64,000 nt of DNA, taken from NCBI RefSeq assembly GCF_009914755.1, contig NC_060942.1; one strand, written 5' to 3'. This document shows positions 12,097 through 25,684 of this stretch, in pieces. The notes beneath the pieces were generated by a model that was given only the letters and a program-made list of their open reading frames with translations, was not told the origin of the DNA and did no database searches. A program made the translations under genes and the position numbers. Numbering within the stretch: the stretch's first letter is position 1; each line of letters opens with the position of its first letter. Source of the DNA: the human T2T-CHM13v2.0 reference genome, Homo sapiens.

Positions 12097-15000
12097 CATT
12101 CTCAGAAACTTGTTTGTGATGTGTGCCCTCTACTGACAGAGTTGAACCTTTCTTTTCATAGAGCAGTTTTGAAACACTCTTTTTGTAGAATCTGCAAGAG
12201 GATATTTGCATAGCTTTGAGGATTTCGTGGGAAACGGGATTGTCTTCAGGTAAAATCTAGACAGAAGCATTCTCAGAAACTTCTTCGGGATGTTTGCATT
12301 CAAGTCACAGAGTAGAACATTCCCTTTGGTAGAGCAGGTTTCAAACACTCTTTTTGTAGTATCTGGAAGTGGACATTTGGAGCGCTTTCAGGCCTATGTT
12401 GGAAAGGGAAATATCTTCCCGTAACAACTAGGCAGAAGCATTCTCAGAAACTTATTTGAGATGTGTGTACTCAACTAAGAGAATTGAACCACCGTTTTGA
12501 AGGAGCAGTTTTGAAACACTCTTTTTCTGGAATCTGCAAGAGGATATTTGCCTAGCCTTGAGGATTTCGTTGGAAACGGGATTGTCTTCAGATCAAATCT
12601 AGACAGACGCATTCTCAGAAACTTCTTTGGGATGTTTGCATTCAAGTCACAGAGTAGAACATTCCCTTTGGTAGAGCAGGTTTGAAACACTCTTTTTTTA
12701 GTATATGGAAGTGGACATTTGGAGCGCTTTCAGGCCTACTTTGGAAAAGGAAATATCTTCCCATAACAACTAGACAGAAGCATTCTCAGAAACTAGTTTC
12801 TGATGTGTGTCCTCAACTAACACAGTTGAACATTTCTTTAGACAGAACAGTTTTGAAACACTCTTTTTGTGGAATCTGCAAGTGGCTATTTGGCTAGATT
12901 TGAGGATTTCGTTGGAAACGGGATTACATATAAAAAGCAGACAGCAGCATTCTCAGAAAGTTCTTTGTGATGATTGCATTCAAGTCACAGAATTGAACAT
13001 TCCCTTTCACAGAGGAGGTTTGAAACACTCTTTTTGTAGTGTGTGTAAGTGGACATTTGGAGCACTTTCCGGCCTAAGGTGAAAAAGGAAATATCTTCCC
13101 TTAAAAACTAGACAGAAGCATTCTCAGAAACTTACTCGTGATGTGTGTCCTCAACTAAAGGAGTAGAACCTTTCTTTTCATAGAGAAGTTTTGAAACGCT
13201 CTTTTTGTGGAATCTGCAAGTGGATATTTGGCTAGTTTTGAGGATTTCGTTGGAAGCGGGAATTCATACAAATTGCAGACTGCAGCGTTCTGAGAAACAT
13301 CTTTGTGATGTTTGTATTCAGGACAGAGAGTTGAACATTCCCTATCATAGACCAGGTTGGAATCCCTCCTTTTGTAGTATCTGGAAGTGGACATTTGGAA
13401 CGCTTTCAGGCCTATGTTGGAAAAGGAAATATCTTCCCATAACAACTAGACACAAGCATTCTCAGAAACTTGTTTGTGATGTGTGCCCTCTACTGACAGA
13501 GTTGAACCTTTCTTTTCATAGAGCAGTTTTGAAACACTCTTTTTGTAGAATCTGCAAGAGGATATTTGCATAGCTTTGAGGATTTCGTGGGAAACGGGAT
13601 TGTCTTCAGGAAAAATCTAGACAGAAGCATTCTCAGAAACTTCTTTGGGATGTTTGCATTCAAGTCACAGAATAGAACATTCCCTTTGGTAGAGCAGGTT
13701 TCAAACACTCTTTTTGTAGTATCTGGAAGTGGACATTTGGAGCGCTTTCAGGCCTATGTTGGAAAGGGAAATATCTTCCCGTAACAACTAGGCAGAAGCA
13801 TTCTCAGAAACTTATTTGAGATGTGTGTACTCAACTAAGAGAATTGAACCACCGTTTTGAAGGACCAGTTTTGAAACACACTTTTTCTGGAATCTGCTAG
13901 AGGATATTTGCCTAGCTTTGAGGATTTCGTTGGAAACGGGATTGTCTTCAGATAAAATCTAGACAGAAGCATTCTCAGAAACTTCTTTGGGATGTTTGCA
14001 TTCAAGTCACAGAGTAGAACATTCCCTTTGGTAGAGCAGGTTTGAAACACTCTTTTTGTAGTATCTGGAAGTGGACATTTGGAGCGCTTTCAGGCCTATG
14101 TTGGAAAGGGAAATATCTTCCCGTAACAACTAGGCAGAAGCATTCTCAGAAACTTATTTGAGATGTGTGTACTCAACTAAGAGAATTGAACCACCCTTTT
14201 GAAGGAGCAGTTTTGAAACACTCTTTTTCTGGAATCTGCAAGAGGATATTTGCCTAGCCTTGAGGATTTCGTTGGAAACGGGATTGTCTTCAGATCAAAT
14301 CTAGACAGAAGCATTCTCAGAAACTTCTTTGGGATGTTTGCATTCAAGTCACAGAGTAGAACATTCCCTTTGGTAGAGCAGGTTTGAAACACTCTTTTTT
14401 TAGTATATGGAAGTGGACATTTGGAGCGCTTTCAGGCCTACGTTGGAAAAGGAAATATCTTCCCATAACAACTAGACAGAAGCATTCTCAGAAACTAGTT
14501 TCTGATGTGTGTCCTCAACTAACACAGTTGAACATTTCTTTAGACAGAACAGTTTTGAAACACTCTTTTTGTGGAATCTGCAAGTGGCTATTTTGCTAGA
14601 TTTGAGGATTTCGTTGGAAACGGGATTACATATAAAAAACAGACAGCAGCATTCTCAGAAAGTTCTTTGTGATGATTGCATTCAAGTCACAGAATTGAAC
14701 ATTCCCTTTCACAGAGCAGGTTTGAAACACTCTTTTTGTAGTGTGTGTAAGTGGACATTTGGAGCACTTTCCGGCCTAAGGTGAAAAAGGAAATATCTTC
14801 CCATAAAAACTAGACAGAAGCATTCTCAGAAACTTACTCGTGATGTGTGTCCTCAACTAAAGGAGTAGAACCTTTCTTTTCATAGAGAAGTTTTGAAACG
14901 CTCTTTTTGTGGAATCTGCAAGTGGATATTTGGCTAGTTTTGAAGATTTCGTTGGAAGCGGGAATTCATACAAATTGCAGACTGCAGCGTTCTGAGAAAC

Positions 15001-17868
15001 ATCTTTGTGATGTTTGTATTCAGGACACAGAGTTGAACATTCCCTATCATAGAGCAGGTTTGAATCACTCCTTTTGTAGTATCTGGAAGTGGACATTTGG
15101 AGCACTTTCAGGCCTATGTTGGAAAAGGAAATATCTTCCCATAACAACTAGACAGAAGCATTCTCAGAAACTTATTTGAGATGTGTGTACTCAACTAAGA
15201 GAATTGAACCACCGTTTTGAAGGAGCAGTTTTGAAACACTCTTTTTCTGGAATCTGCAAGTGGATATTTGGCTAGCTTTGGGGATTTCGCTGGAAGCGGG
15301 AATACATATAAAAAGCACACAGCAGCGTTCTGAGAAACTGCTTTCTGATGTTTGCATTCAAGTCAAAAGTTGAACACTCCCTTTCATAGAGCAGTCCTGA
15401 AACACTCCTTTTGTAGTATCTGGAACTGGACTTTTGGAGCGCTTTCAGGGCTAAGGTGAAAAAGGAAATATCTTCCCATAAAAACTGGACAGAAGCATTC
15501 TCAGAAACTTGTTTATGCTGTATCTACTCTACTAACAAAGTTGAACCTTTCTTTTGATAGAGCAGTTTTGAAATGCTCTTTTTGTGGAATCTGCAAGTGG
15601 ATATTTGGCTAGATTTGAGGATTTCGTTGGAAGCTGGAATTCATACAAATTGCAGACTGCAGCGTTCTGAGAAACATCTTTGTGATGTTTGTATTCAGGA
15701 CACAGAGTTGAACATTCCCTATCATAGAGCAGGTTGGAATCACTCCTTTTGTAGTATCTGGAAGTGGACATTTGGAGCGCTTTCAGGCCTATGTTGAAAA
15801 AGGAAATATCTTCCCATAACAACTAGACACAAGCATTCTCAGAAACTTGTTTGTGATGTGTGCCCTCTACTGACAGAGTTGAACCTTTCTTTTCATAGAG
15901 CAGTTTTGAAACACTCTTTTTGTAGAATCTGCAAGAGGATATTTGCATAGCTTTGAGGATTTCGTGGGAAACGGGATTGTGTTCAGGTAAAATCTAGACA
16001 GAAGCATTCTCAGAAACTTCTTTGGGATGTTTGCATTCAAGTCACAGAGTAGAACATTCCCTTTGGTAGAGCAGGTTTGCAACACTCTTTTTGTAGTATC
16101 TGGAAGTGGACATTTGGAGCGCTTTCAGGCCTATGTTGGAAAGGGAAATATCTTCCAGTAACAACTAGGCAGAAGCATTCTCAGAAACTTATTTGAGATG
16201 TGTGTACTCAACTAAGAGAATTGAACCACCGTTTTGAAGGAGCAGTTTTGAAACACTCTTTTTCTGGAATCTGCAAGAGTATATTTGCCTAGCCTTGAGG
16301 ATTTCGTTGGAAACGGGATTGTCTTCAGATCAAATCTAGACAGAAGCATTCTCAGAAACTTCTTTGGGATGTTTGCATTCAAGTCACAGAGTAGAACATT
16401 CCCTTTGGTAGAGCAGGTTTGAAACACTCTTTTTTTAGTATATGGAAGTGGACATTTTGATCGCTTTCAGGCCTACGTTGGAAAGGGAAATATCTTCCCA
16501 TAACAACTAGACAGAAGCATTCTCAGAAACTAGTTTCTGATGTGTGTCCTCAACTAACACAGTTGAACATTTCTATAGACAGAACAGTTTTGAAACACTC
16601 TTTTTGTGGAATCTGCAAGTGGCTATTTGGCTAGATTTGAGGATTTCGTTGGAAACGGGATTACATATAAAAAGCAGTCAGCAGCATTCTCAGAAAGTTC
16701 TTTGTGATGATTGCATTCAAGTCACAGAATTGAACATTCCCTTTCACAGAGCAGGTTTGAAACACTCTTTTTGTAGTGTGTGTAAGTGGACATTTGGAAC
16801 CCTTACCGGCCTAAGGTGAAAAAGGAAATATCTTCCCATAAAAACTAGACAGAAGCATTCTCAGAAACTTACTCGTGATGTGTGTCCTCAACTAAAGGAG
16901 TAGAACCTTTCTTTTCATAGAGAAGTTTTGAAACGCTCTTTTTGTGGAATCTGCAAGTGGATATTTGGCTAGTTTTGAGGATTTCGTTGGAAGCGGGAAT
17001 TCATACAAATTGCAGACTGCAGCGTTCTGAGAAACATCTTTGTGATGTTTGTATTCAGGACACAGAGTTGAACATTCCCTATCATAGAGCAGGTTTGAAT
17101 CACTCCTTTTGTAGTATCTGGAAGTGGACATTTGGAGCGCTTTCAGGCTTATGTTGGAAAAGGAAATATCTTCCCATAACAACTAGACAGAAGCATTCTC
17201 AGAAACTTATTTGAGATGTGTGTACTCAACTAAGAGAATTGAACCACCGTTTTGAAGGAGCAGTTTTGAAACACTCTTTTTCTGGAATCTGCAAGTGGAT
17301 ATTTGGCTAGCTTTTGGGATTTCGCTGGAAGCGGGAATACATCTAAAAAGCACACAGCAGCGTTCTGAGAAACTGCTTTCTGATGTTTGCATTCAAGTCA
17401 AAAGTTGAACACTCCCTTTCATAGAGCAGTCCTGAAACACTCCTTTTGTAGTATCTGGAACTGGACTTTTGGAGCGCTTTCAGGGCTAAGGTGAAAAAGG
17501 AAATATCTTCCCATAAAAACTGGACAGAAGCATTCTCAGAAACTTGTTTATGCTGTATCTACTCTACTAACAAAGTTGAACCTTTCTTTTGATAGAGCAG
17601 TTTTGAAATGCTCTTTTTGTGGAATCTGCAAGTGGATATTTGGCTAGATTTGAGGATTTCGTTGGAAGCTGGAATTCATACAAATTGCAGACTGCAGCGT
17701 TCTGAGAAACATCTTTGTGATGTTTGTATTCAGGACACAGAGTTGAACATTCCCTATCATAGAACAGGTTGGAATCACTCCTTTTGTAGTATCTGGAAGT
17801 GGACATTTGGAGCGCTTTCAGGCCTATGTTGAAAAAGGAAATATCTTCCCATAACAACTAGACACAAG
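12097..17868 (+). repeat. 34-mer super-HOR copy 3 (5772 bp)
   Basis: Offset 11795->17567 is 5772, with the same dimer order and tags. Confidence 0.95.
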
Positions 17869-20800
17869 CATTCTCAGAAACTTGTTTGTGATGTGTGCCC
17901 TCTACTGACAGAGTTGAACCTTTCTTTTCATAGAGCAGTTTTGAAACACTCTTTTTGTAGAATCTGCAAGAGGATATTTGCATAGCTTTGAGGATTTCGT
18001 GGGAAACGGGATTGTCTTCAGGTAAAATCTAGACAGAAGCATTCTCAGAAACTTCTTCGGGATGTTTGCATTCAAGTCACAGAGTAGAACATTCCCTTTG
18101 GTAGAGCAGGTTTCAAACACTCTTTTTGTAGTATCTGGAAGTGGACATTTGGAGCGCTTTCAGGCCTATGTTGGAAAGGGAAATATCTTCCCGTAACAAC
18201 TAGGCAGAAGCATTCTCAGAAACTTATTTGAGATGTGTGTACTCAACTAAGAGAATTGAACCACCGTTTTGAAGGAGCAGTTTTGAAACACTCTTTTTCT
18301 GGAATCTGCAAGAGGATATTTGCCTAGCCTTGAGGATTTCGTTGGAAACGGGATTGTCTTCAGATCAAATCTAGACAGACGCATTCTCAGAAACTTCTTG
18401 GGGATGTTTGCATTCAAGTCACAGAGTAGAACATTCCCTTTGGTAGAGCAGGTTTGAAACACTCTTTTTTTAGTATATGGAAGTGGACATTTGGAGCGCT
18501 TTCAGGCCTACTTTGGAAAAGGAAATATCTTCCCATAACAACTAGACAGAAGCATTCTCAGAAACTAGTTTCTGATGTGTGTCCTCAACTAACACAGTTG
18601 AACATTTCTTTAGACAGAACAGTTTTGAAACACTCTTTTTGTGGAATCTGCAAGTGGCTATTTGGCTAGATTTGAGGATTTCGTTGGAAACGGGATTACA
18701 TATAAAAAGCAGACAGCAGCATTCTCAGAAAGTTCTTTGTGATGATTGCATTCAAGTCACAGAATTGAACATTCCCTTTCACAGAGCAGGTTTGAAACAC
18801 TCTTTTTGTAGTGTGTGTAAGTGGACATTTGGAGCACTTTCCGGCCTAAGGTGAAAAAGGAAATATCTTCCCTTAAAAACTAGACAGAAGCATTCTCAGA
18901 AACTTACTCGTGATGTGTGTCCTCAACTAAAGGAGTAGAACCTTTCTTTTCATAGAGAAGTTTTGAAACGCTCTTTTTGTGGAATCTGCAAGTGGATATT
19001 TGGCTAGTTTTGAGGATTTCGTTGGAAGCGGGAATTCATACAAATTGCAGACTGCAGCGTTCTGAGAAACATCTTTGTGATGTTTGTATTCAGGACAGAG
19101 AGTTGAACATTCCCTATCATAGACCAGGTTGGAATCCCTCCTTTTGTAGTATCTGGAAGTGGACATTTGGAGCGCTTTCAGGCCTATGTTGGAAAAGGAA
19201 ATATCTTCCCATAACAACTAGACACAAGCATTCTCAGAAACTTGTTTGTGATGTGTGCCCTCTACTGACAGAGTTGAACCTTTCTTTTCATAGAGCAGTT
19301 TTGAAACACTCTTTTTGTAGAATCTGCAAGAGGATATTTGCATAGCTTTGAGGATTTCGTGGGAAACGGGATTGTCTTCAGGAAAAATCTAGACAGAAGC
19401 ATTCTCAGAAACTTCTTTGGGATGTTTGCATTCAAGTCACAGAATAGAACATTCCCTTTGGTAGAGCAGGTTTCAAACACTCTTTTTGTAGTATCTGGAA
19501 GTGGACATTTGGAGCGCTTTCAGGCCTATGTTGGAAAGGGAAATATCTTCCCGTAACAACTAGGCAGAAGCATTCTCAGAAACTTATTTGAGATGTGTGT
19601 ACTCAACTAAGAGAATTGAACCACCGTTTTGAAGGACCAGTTTTGAAACACACTTTTTCTGGAATCTGCTAGAGGATATTTGCCTAGCTTTGAGGATTTC
19701 GTTGGAAACGGGATTGTCTTCAGATAAAATCTAGACAGAAGCATTCTCAGAAACTTCTTTGGGATGTTTGCATTCAAGTCACAGAGTAGAACATTCCCTT
19801 TGGTAGAGCAGGTTTGAAACACTCTTTTTGTAGTATCTGGAAGTGGACATTTGGAGCGCTTTCAGGCCTATGTTGGAAAGGGAAATATCTTCCCGTAACA
19901 ACTAGGCAGAAGCATTCTCAGAAACTTATTTGAGATGTGTGTACTCAACTAAGAGAATTGAACCACCCTTTTGAAGGAGCAGTTTTGAAACACTCTTTTT
20001 CTGGAATCTGCAAGAGGATATTTGCCTAGCCTTGAGGATTTCGTTGGAAACGGGATTGTCTTCAGATCAAATCTAGACAGAAGCATTCTCAGAAACTTCT
20101 TTGGGATGTTTGCATTCAAGTCACAGAGTAGAACATTCCCTTTGGTAGAGCAGGTTTGAAACACTCTTTTTTTAGTATATGGAAGTGGACATTTGGAGCG
20201 CTTTCAGGCCTACGTTGGAAAAGGAAATATCTTCCCATAACAACTAGACAGAAGCATTCTCAGAAACTAGTTTCTGATGTGTGTCCTCAACTAACACAGT
20301 TGAACATTTCTTTAGACAGAACAGTTTTGAAACACTCTTTTTGTGGAATCTGCAAGTGGCTATTTTGCTAGATTTGAGGATTTCGTTGGAAACGGGATTA
20401 CATATAAAAAACAGACAGCAGCATTCTCAGAAAGTTCTTTGTGATGATTGCATTCAAGTCACAGAATTGAACATTCCCTTTCACAGAGCAGGTTTGAAAC
20501 ACTCTTTTTGTAGTGTGTGTAAGTGGACATTTGGAGCACTTTCCGGCCTAAGGTGAAAAAGGAAATATCTTCCCATAAAAACTAGACAGAAGCATTCTCA
20601 GAAACTTACTCGTGATGTGTGTCCTCAACTAAAGGAGTAGAACCTTTCTTTTCATAGAGAAGTTTTGAAACGCTCTTTTTGTGGAATCTGCAAGTGGATA
20701 TTTGGCTAGTTTTGAAGATTTCGTTGGAAGCGGGAATTCATACAAATTGCAGACTGCAGCGTTCTGAGAAACATCTTTGTGATGTTTGTACTCAGGACAT

Positions 20801-20930
20801 AGAGTTGAACATTCCCTATCATCGAGCAGGTTGGAATCACTCCTTTTGTAGTATCTGGAAGTGGACATTTGGAGCGCTTTCAGGCCTATGTTGAAAAAGG
20901 AAATATCTTCCCATAAAAACTAGACACTAG
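17869..20930 (+). repeat. Partial 34-mer copy 4: 8-mer (17869-19228) plus 10-mer AB'BCD (19229-20930, 1702 bp)
   Basis: Matches earlier copies until ~20780. D is then followed by A at 20931 instead of E. Confidence 0.9.
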
Positions 20931-23900
20931 AATTCTCAGAAACTTGTTTGTGATGTGTGCCCTCTACTGACAGAGTTGAACCTTTCTTTTCATAGAGCAG
21001 TTTTGAAACACTCTTTTTGTAGGATCTGCAAGAGGATATTTGCATAGCTTTGAGGGTTTCGTGGGAAACGGGATTGTCTTCAGGTAAAATCTAGACAGAA
21101 GCATTCTCAGAAACTTCTTTGGGATGTTTGCATTCAAGTCACAGAGTAGAACATTCCCTTTGGTAGAGCAGGTTTGAAACACTCTTTTTGTAGTATCTGG
21201 AAGTGGACATTTGGAACGCTTTCAGGCCTATGTTGGAAAGGGAAATATCTTCCCTTAACAACTAGGCAGAAGCATTCTCAGAAACTTATTTGAGATGTGT
21301 GTACTCAACTAAGAGAATTGAACCACCGTTTTGAAGGACCAGTTTTGAAACACTCTTTTTCTGGAATCTGCTAGAGGATATTTGCCTAGCTTTGAGGATT
21401 TCGTTGGAAACGGGATTGTCTTCAGATAAAATCTAGACAGAAGCATTCTCAGAAACTTCTTTGGGATGTTTGCATTCAAGTCACAGAGTAGAACATTCCC
21501 TTTGGTAGAGCAGGTTTCAAACACTCTTTTTGTAGTATCTGGAAGTGGACATTTGGAGCGGTTTCAGGCCTATGTTGGAAAGGGAAATATCTTCCCGTAA
21601 CAACTAGGCAGAAGCATTCTCAGAAACTTATTTGAGATGTGTGTACTCAACTAAGAGAATTGAACCACCCTTTTGAAGGAGTAGTTTTGAAACACTCTTT
21701 TTCTGGAATCTGCAAGAGTATATTTGCCTAGCTTTGAGGATTCCGTTGGAAACGGGATTGTCTTCAGATCAAATCTAGACAGAAGCTTTCTCAGAAACTT
21801 CTTTGGGATGTTTGCATTCAAGTCACAGAGTAGAACATTCCCTTTGGTAGAGCAGGTTTGAAACACTCTTTTTTTGGCATATGGAAGTGGACATTTGGAG
21901 CGCTTTCAGGCCTACTTTGGAAAAGGAAATATCTTCCCATAACAACTAGACAGAAGCATTCTCAGAAACTAGTTTCTGATGTGTGTCCTCAACAAACACA
22001 GTTGAACATTTCTTTAGACAGAACAGTTTTGAAACACTCTTTTTGTGGAATCTGCAAGTGGCTATTTGGCTAGATTTGAGGATTTCGTTGGAAACGTGAT
22101 TACATATAAAAAGCAGACAGCAGCATTCTCAGAAAGTTCTTTGTGATGATTGCATTCAAGTCACAGAATTGAACATTCTCTTTCACAGCGCAGGTTTGAA
22201 ACACTCTTTTTGTAGTGTGTGTAAGTGGACATTTGGAGCACTTTCCGGCCTAAGGTGAAAAAGGAAATATCTTCCCATAAAAACTAGACAGAAGCATTCT
22301 CAGAAACTTACTCGTGATGTGTGTCCTCAACTAAAGGAGTAGAACCTTTCTTTTCATAGAGAAGTTTTGAAACGCTCTTTTTGTGGAATCTGCAAGTGGA
22401 TATTTGGCTAGTTTTGAGGATTTCGTTGGAAGCGGGAATTCATACAAATTGCAGACTGCAGCGTTCTGAGAAACATCTTTGTGATGTTTGTCTTCAGGAC
22501 ACAGAGTTGAACATTCCCTATCATAGATCAGGTTTGAATCACTCCTTTTGTAGTATCTGGAAGTGGACATTTGGAGCACTTTCAGGCCAATGTTGGAAAA
22601 GGAAATATCTTCCCATAACAACTAGACAGAAGCATTCTCAGAAACTTATTTGAGATGTGTGTACTCAACTAAGAGAATTGAACCACCGTTTTGAAGGAGC
22701 AGTTTTGAAACACTCTTTTTCTGGAATCTGCAAGTGGATATTTGGCTAGCTTTGGGGATTTCGCTGGAAGCGGGAATACATATAAAAAGCACACAGCAGC
22801 GTTCTGAGAAACTGCTTTCTGATGTTTGCATTCAAGTCAAAAGTTGAACACTCCCTTTCATAGAGCAGTCCTGAAACACTCCTTTTGTAGTATCTGGAAC
22901 TGGACTTTTGGAGCGCTTTCAGGGCTAAGGTGAAAAAGGAAATATCTTCCCATAAAAACTGGACAGAAGCATTCTCAGAAACTTGTTTATGCTGTATCTA
23001 CTCTACTAACAAAGTTGAACCTTTCTTTTGATAGAGCAGTTTTGAAATGCTCTTTTTGTGGAATCTGCAAGTGGATATTTGGCTAGATTTGAGGATTTCG
23101 TTGGAAGCTGGAATTCATACAAATTGCAGACTGCAGCGTTCTGAGAAACATCTTTGTGATGTTTGTATTCAGGACACAGAGTTGAACATTCCCTATCATA
23201 GAGCAGGTTGGAATCACTCCTTTTGTAGTATCTGGAAGTGGACATTTGGAGCGCTTTCAGGCCTATGTTGAAAAAGGAAATATCTTCCCATAACAACTAG
23301 ACACAAGCATTCTCAGAAACTTGTTTGTGATGTGTGCCCTCTACTGACAGAGTTGAACCTTTCTTTTCATAGAGCAGTTTTGAAACACTCTTTTTGTAGA
23401 ATCTGCAAGAGGATATTTGCATAGCTTTGAGGATTTCGTGGGAAACGGGATTGTCTTCAGGAAAAATCTAGACAGAAGCATTCTCAGAAACTTCTTTGGG
23501 ATGTTTGCATTCAAGTCACAGAGTAGAACATTCCGTTTGGTAGAGCAGGTTTGAAACTCTCTTTTTGTAGTATCTGGAAGTGGACATTTGGAGCGCTTTC
23601 AGGCCAATGTTGGAAAGGGAAATATCTTCCCTTAACAACTAGGCAGAAGCATTCTCAGAAACTTATTTGAGATGTGTGTACTCAACTAAGAGAATTGAAC
23701 CACCGTTTTGAAGGACCAGTTTTGAAACACTCTTTTTCTGGAATCTGCAAGAGGATATTTGCGTAGCTTTGAGGATTTCGTTGGAAACGGGATTGTTTTC
23801 AGATAAAATCTAGACAGAAGCATTCTCAGAAACTTCTTTGGGATGTTTGCATGCAAGTCACACAGTAGAACATTCCCTTTGGTAGAGCAGGTTTGAAACA

Positions 23901-25684
23901 CTCTTTTTGTAGTATCTGGAAGTGGACATTTGGAGCGCTTTCAGGTCTATGTTGGAAAGGGAAATATCTTCCCTTAACAACTAGGCAGAAGCATTCTCAG
24001 AAACTTATTTGAGATGTGTGTACTCAACTAAGAGAATTGAACCACCCTTTTGAAGGAGCAGTTTTGAAACACTCTTTTTCTGGAATCTGCAAGAGTATAT
24101 TTGCCTAGCCTTGAGGATTTCGTTGGAAAAGGGATTGTCTTCAGATCAAATATAGACAGAAGCATTCTCAGAAACTTCTTTGAGATGTTTGCATTCAAGT
24201 CACAGAGTAGAAGATTCCCTTTGGTAGAGCAGGTTTGAAACACTCTTTTTTTCGTATATGGAAGTGGACATTTGGAGCGCTTTCAGGCCTACGTTGGAAA
24301 AGGAAATATCTTCCCATAACAACTAGACAGAAGCATTCTCAGAAACTTATTTGAGATGTGTGTATTCAACTAAGAGAATTGAACCACCGTTTTGAAGGAG
24401 CAGTTTTGAAACACTCTTTTTCTGGAATCTGCAATTGGATATTTAGCTAGATATGAGGATTTCGTTGGAAACGGGATTACATATAAAAAGCAGACAGCAG
24501 CAGTCTCAGAAAGTTCTTTGTGATGATTGCATTCAAGTCACAGAATTGAACATTCCCTTTCACAGAGCAGATTTGAAACACTCTTTTTGTAGTGTGTGTA
24601 AGTGGACATTTGGAGCACTTTCCGGCCTAAGGTGAAAAAGGAAATATCTTCCCATAAAAACTAGACAGAAGCATTCTCAGAAACTTACTGGTGATGTGTG
24701 TCCTCAACTAAAGGAGTAGAACCTTTCTTTTTATAGAGAAGTTTTGAAACGCTCTTTTTGTGGAATCTGCAAGTGGATATTTGGCTAGTTTTGAGGATTT
24801 CGTTGGAAGCGGGAATTCATACAAATTGCAGACTGCAGCGTTCTGAGAAACATCTTTGTGATGTTTGTATTCAGGACACAGAGTTGAACATTCCCTATCA
24901 TAGAGCAGGTTTGAATCACTCCTTTTGTAGTATCTGGAAGTGGACATTTGGAGCGCTTTCAGGCCTATGTTGGAAAAGGAAATATTTTCCCATAACAACT
25001 AGACAGAAGCATTCTCAGAAACTTATTTGAGATGTGTGTACTCAACTAAGAGAATTGAACCACCGTTTTGAAGGAGCAGTTTTGAAACACTCTTTTTCTG
25101 GAATCTGTAAGTGGATATTTGGCTAGCTTTGGGGATTTCGCTGGAAGCGGGAATACATATAAAAAGCACACAGCAGCGTTCTGAGAAACTGCTTTCTGAT
25201 GTTTGCATTCAAGTCAAAAGTTGAACACTCCCTTTCATAGAGGAGTCCTGAAACACTCCTTTTGTAGTATCTGGAACTGGACTTTTGGAGCGCTTTCAGG
25301 GCTAAGGTGAAAAAGGAAATATCTTCCCATAAAAACTGGACAGAAGCATTCTCAGAAACTTGTTTATGCTGTATCTACTCAACTAACAAAGTTGAACCTT
25401 TCTTTTGATAGAGCAGTTTTGAAATGCTCTTTTTGTGGAATCTGCAAGTGGATATTTGGCTAGATTTCAGGATTTCGTTGGAAGCGGGAATTAATACAAA
25501 TTGCAGACTGCAGCGTTCTGAGAAACATCATTGTGATGTTTGTATTCAGGACACAGAGTTGAACATTCCCTATCATAGAGCAGGTTGGAATCACTCCTTT
25601 TGTAGTATCTGGAAGTGGACATTTGGAGCGCTTTCAGGCCTATGTTGAAAAAGGAAATATCTTCCCATAACAACTAGACACAAG
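20931..25684 (+). repeat. Two diverged 14-mer HORs (20931-23307 and 23308-25684, the latter with hybrid monomer C* at 24334)
   Basis: A starts at 20931, 23308 and 25685, each 2377 apart; many private substitutions. Confidence 0.9.

Noticed and set aside
19229-20930. 1.7-kb 10-mer as a separate chr18 array (D18Z2-like)
   Set aside because: It is made of the same near-identical monomers as its neighbours, so it is a structural variant of this HOR and the size match is coincidental.
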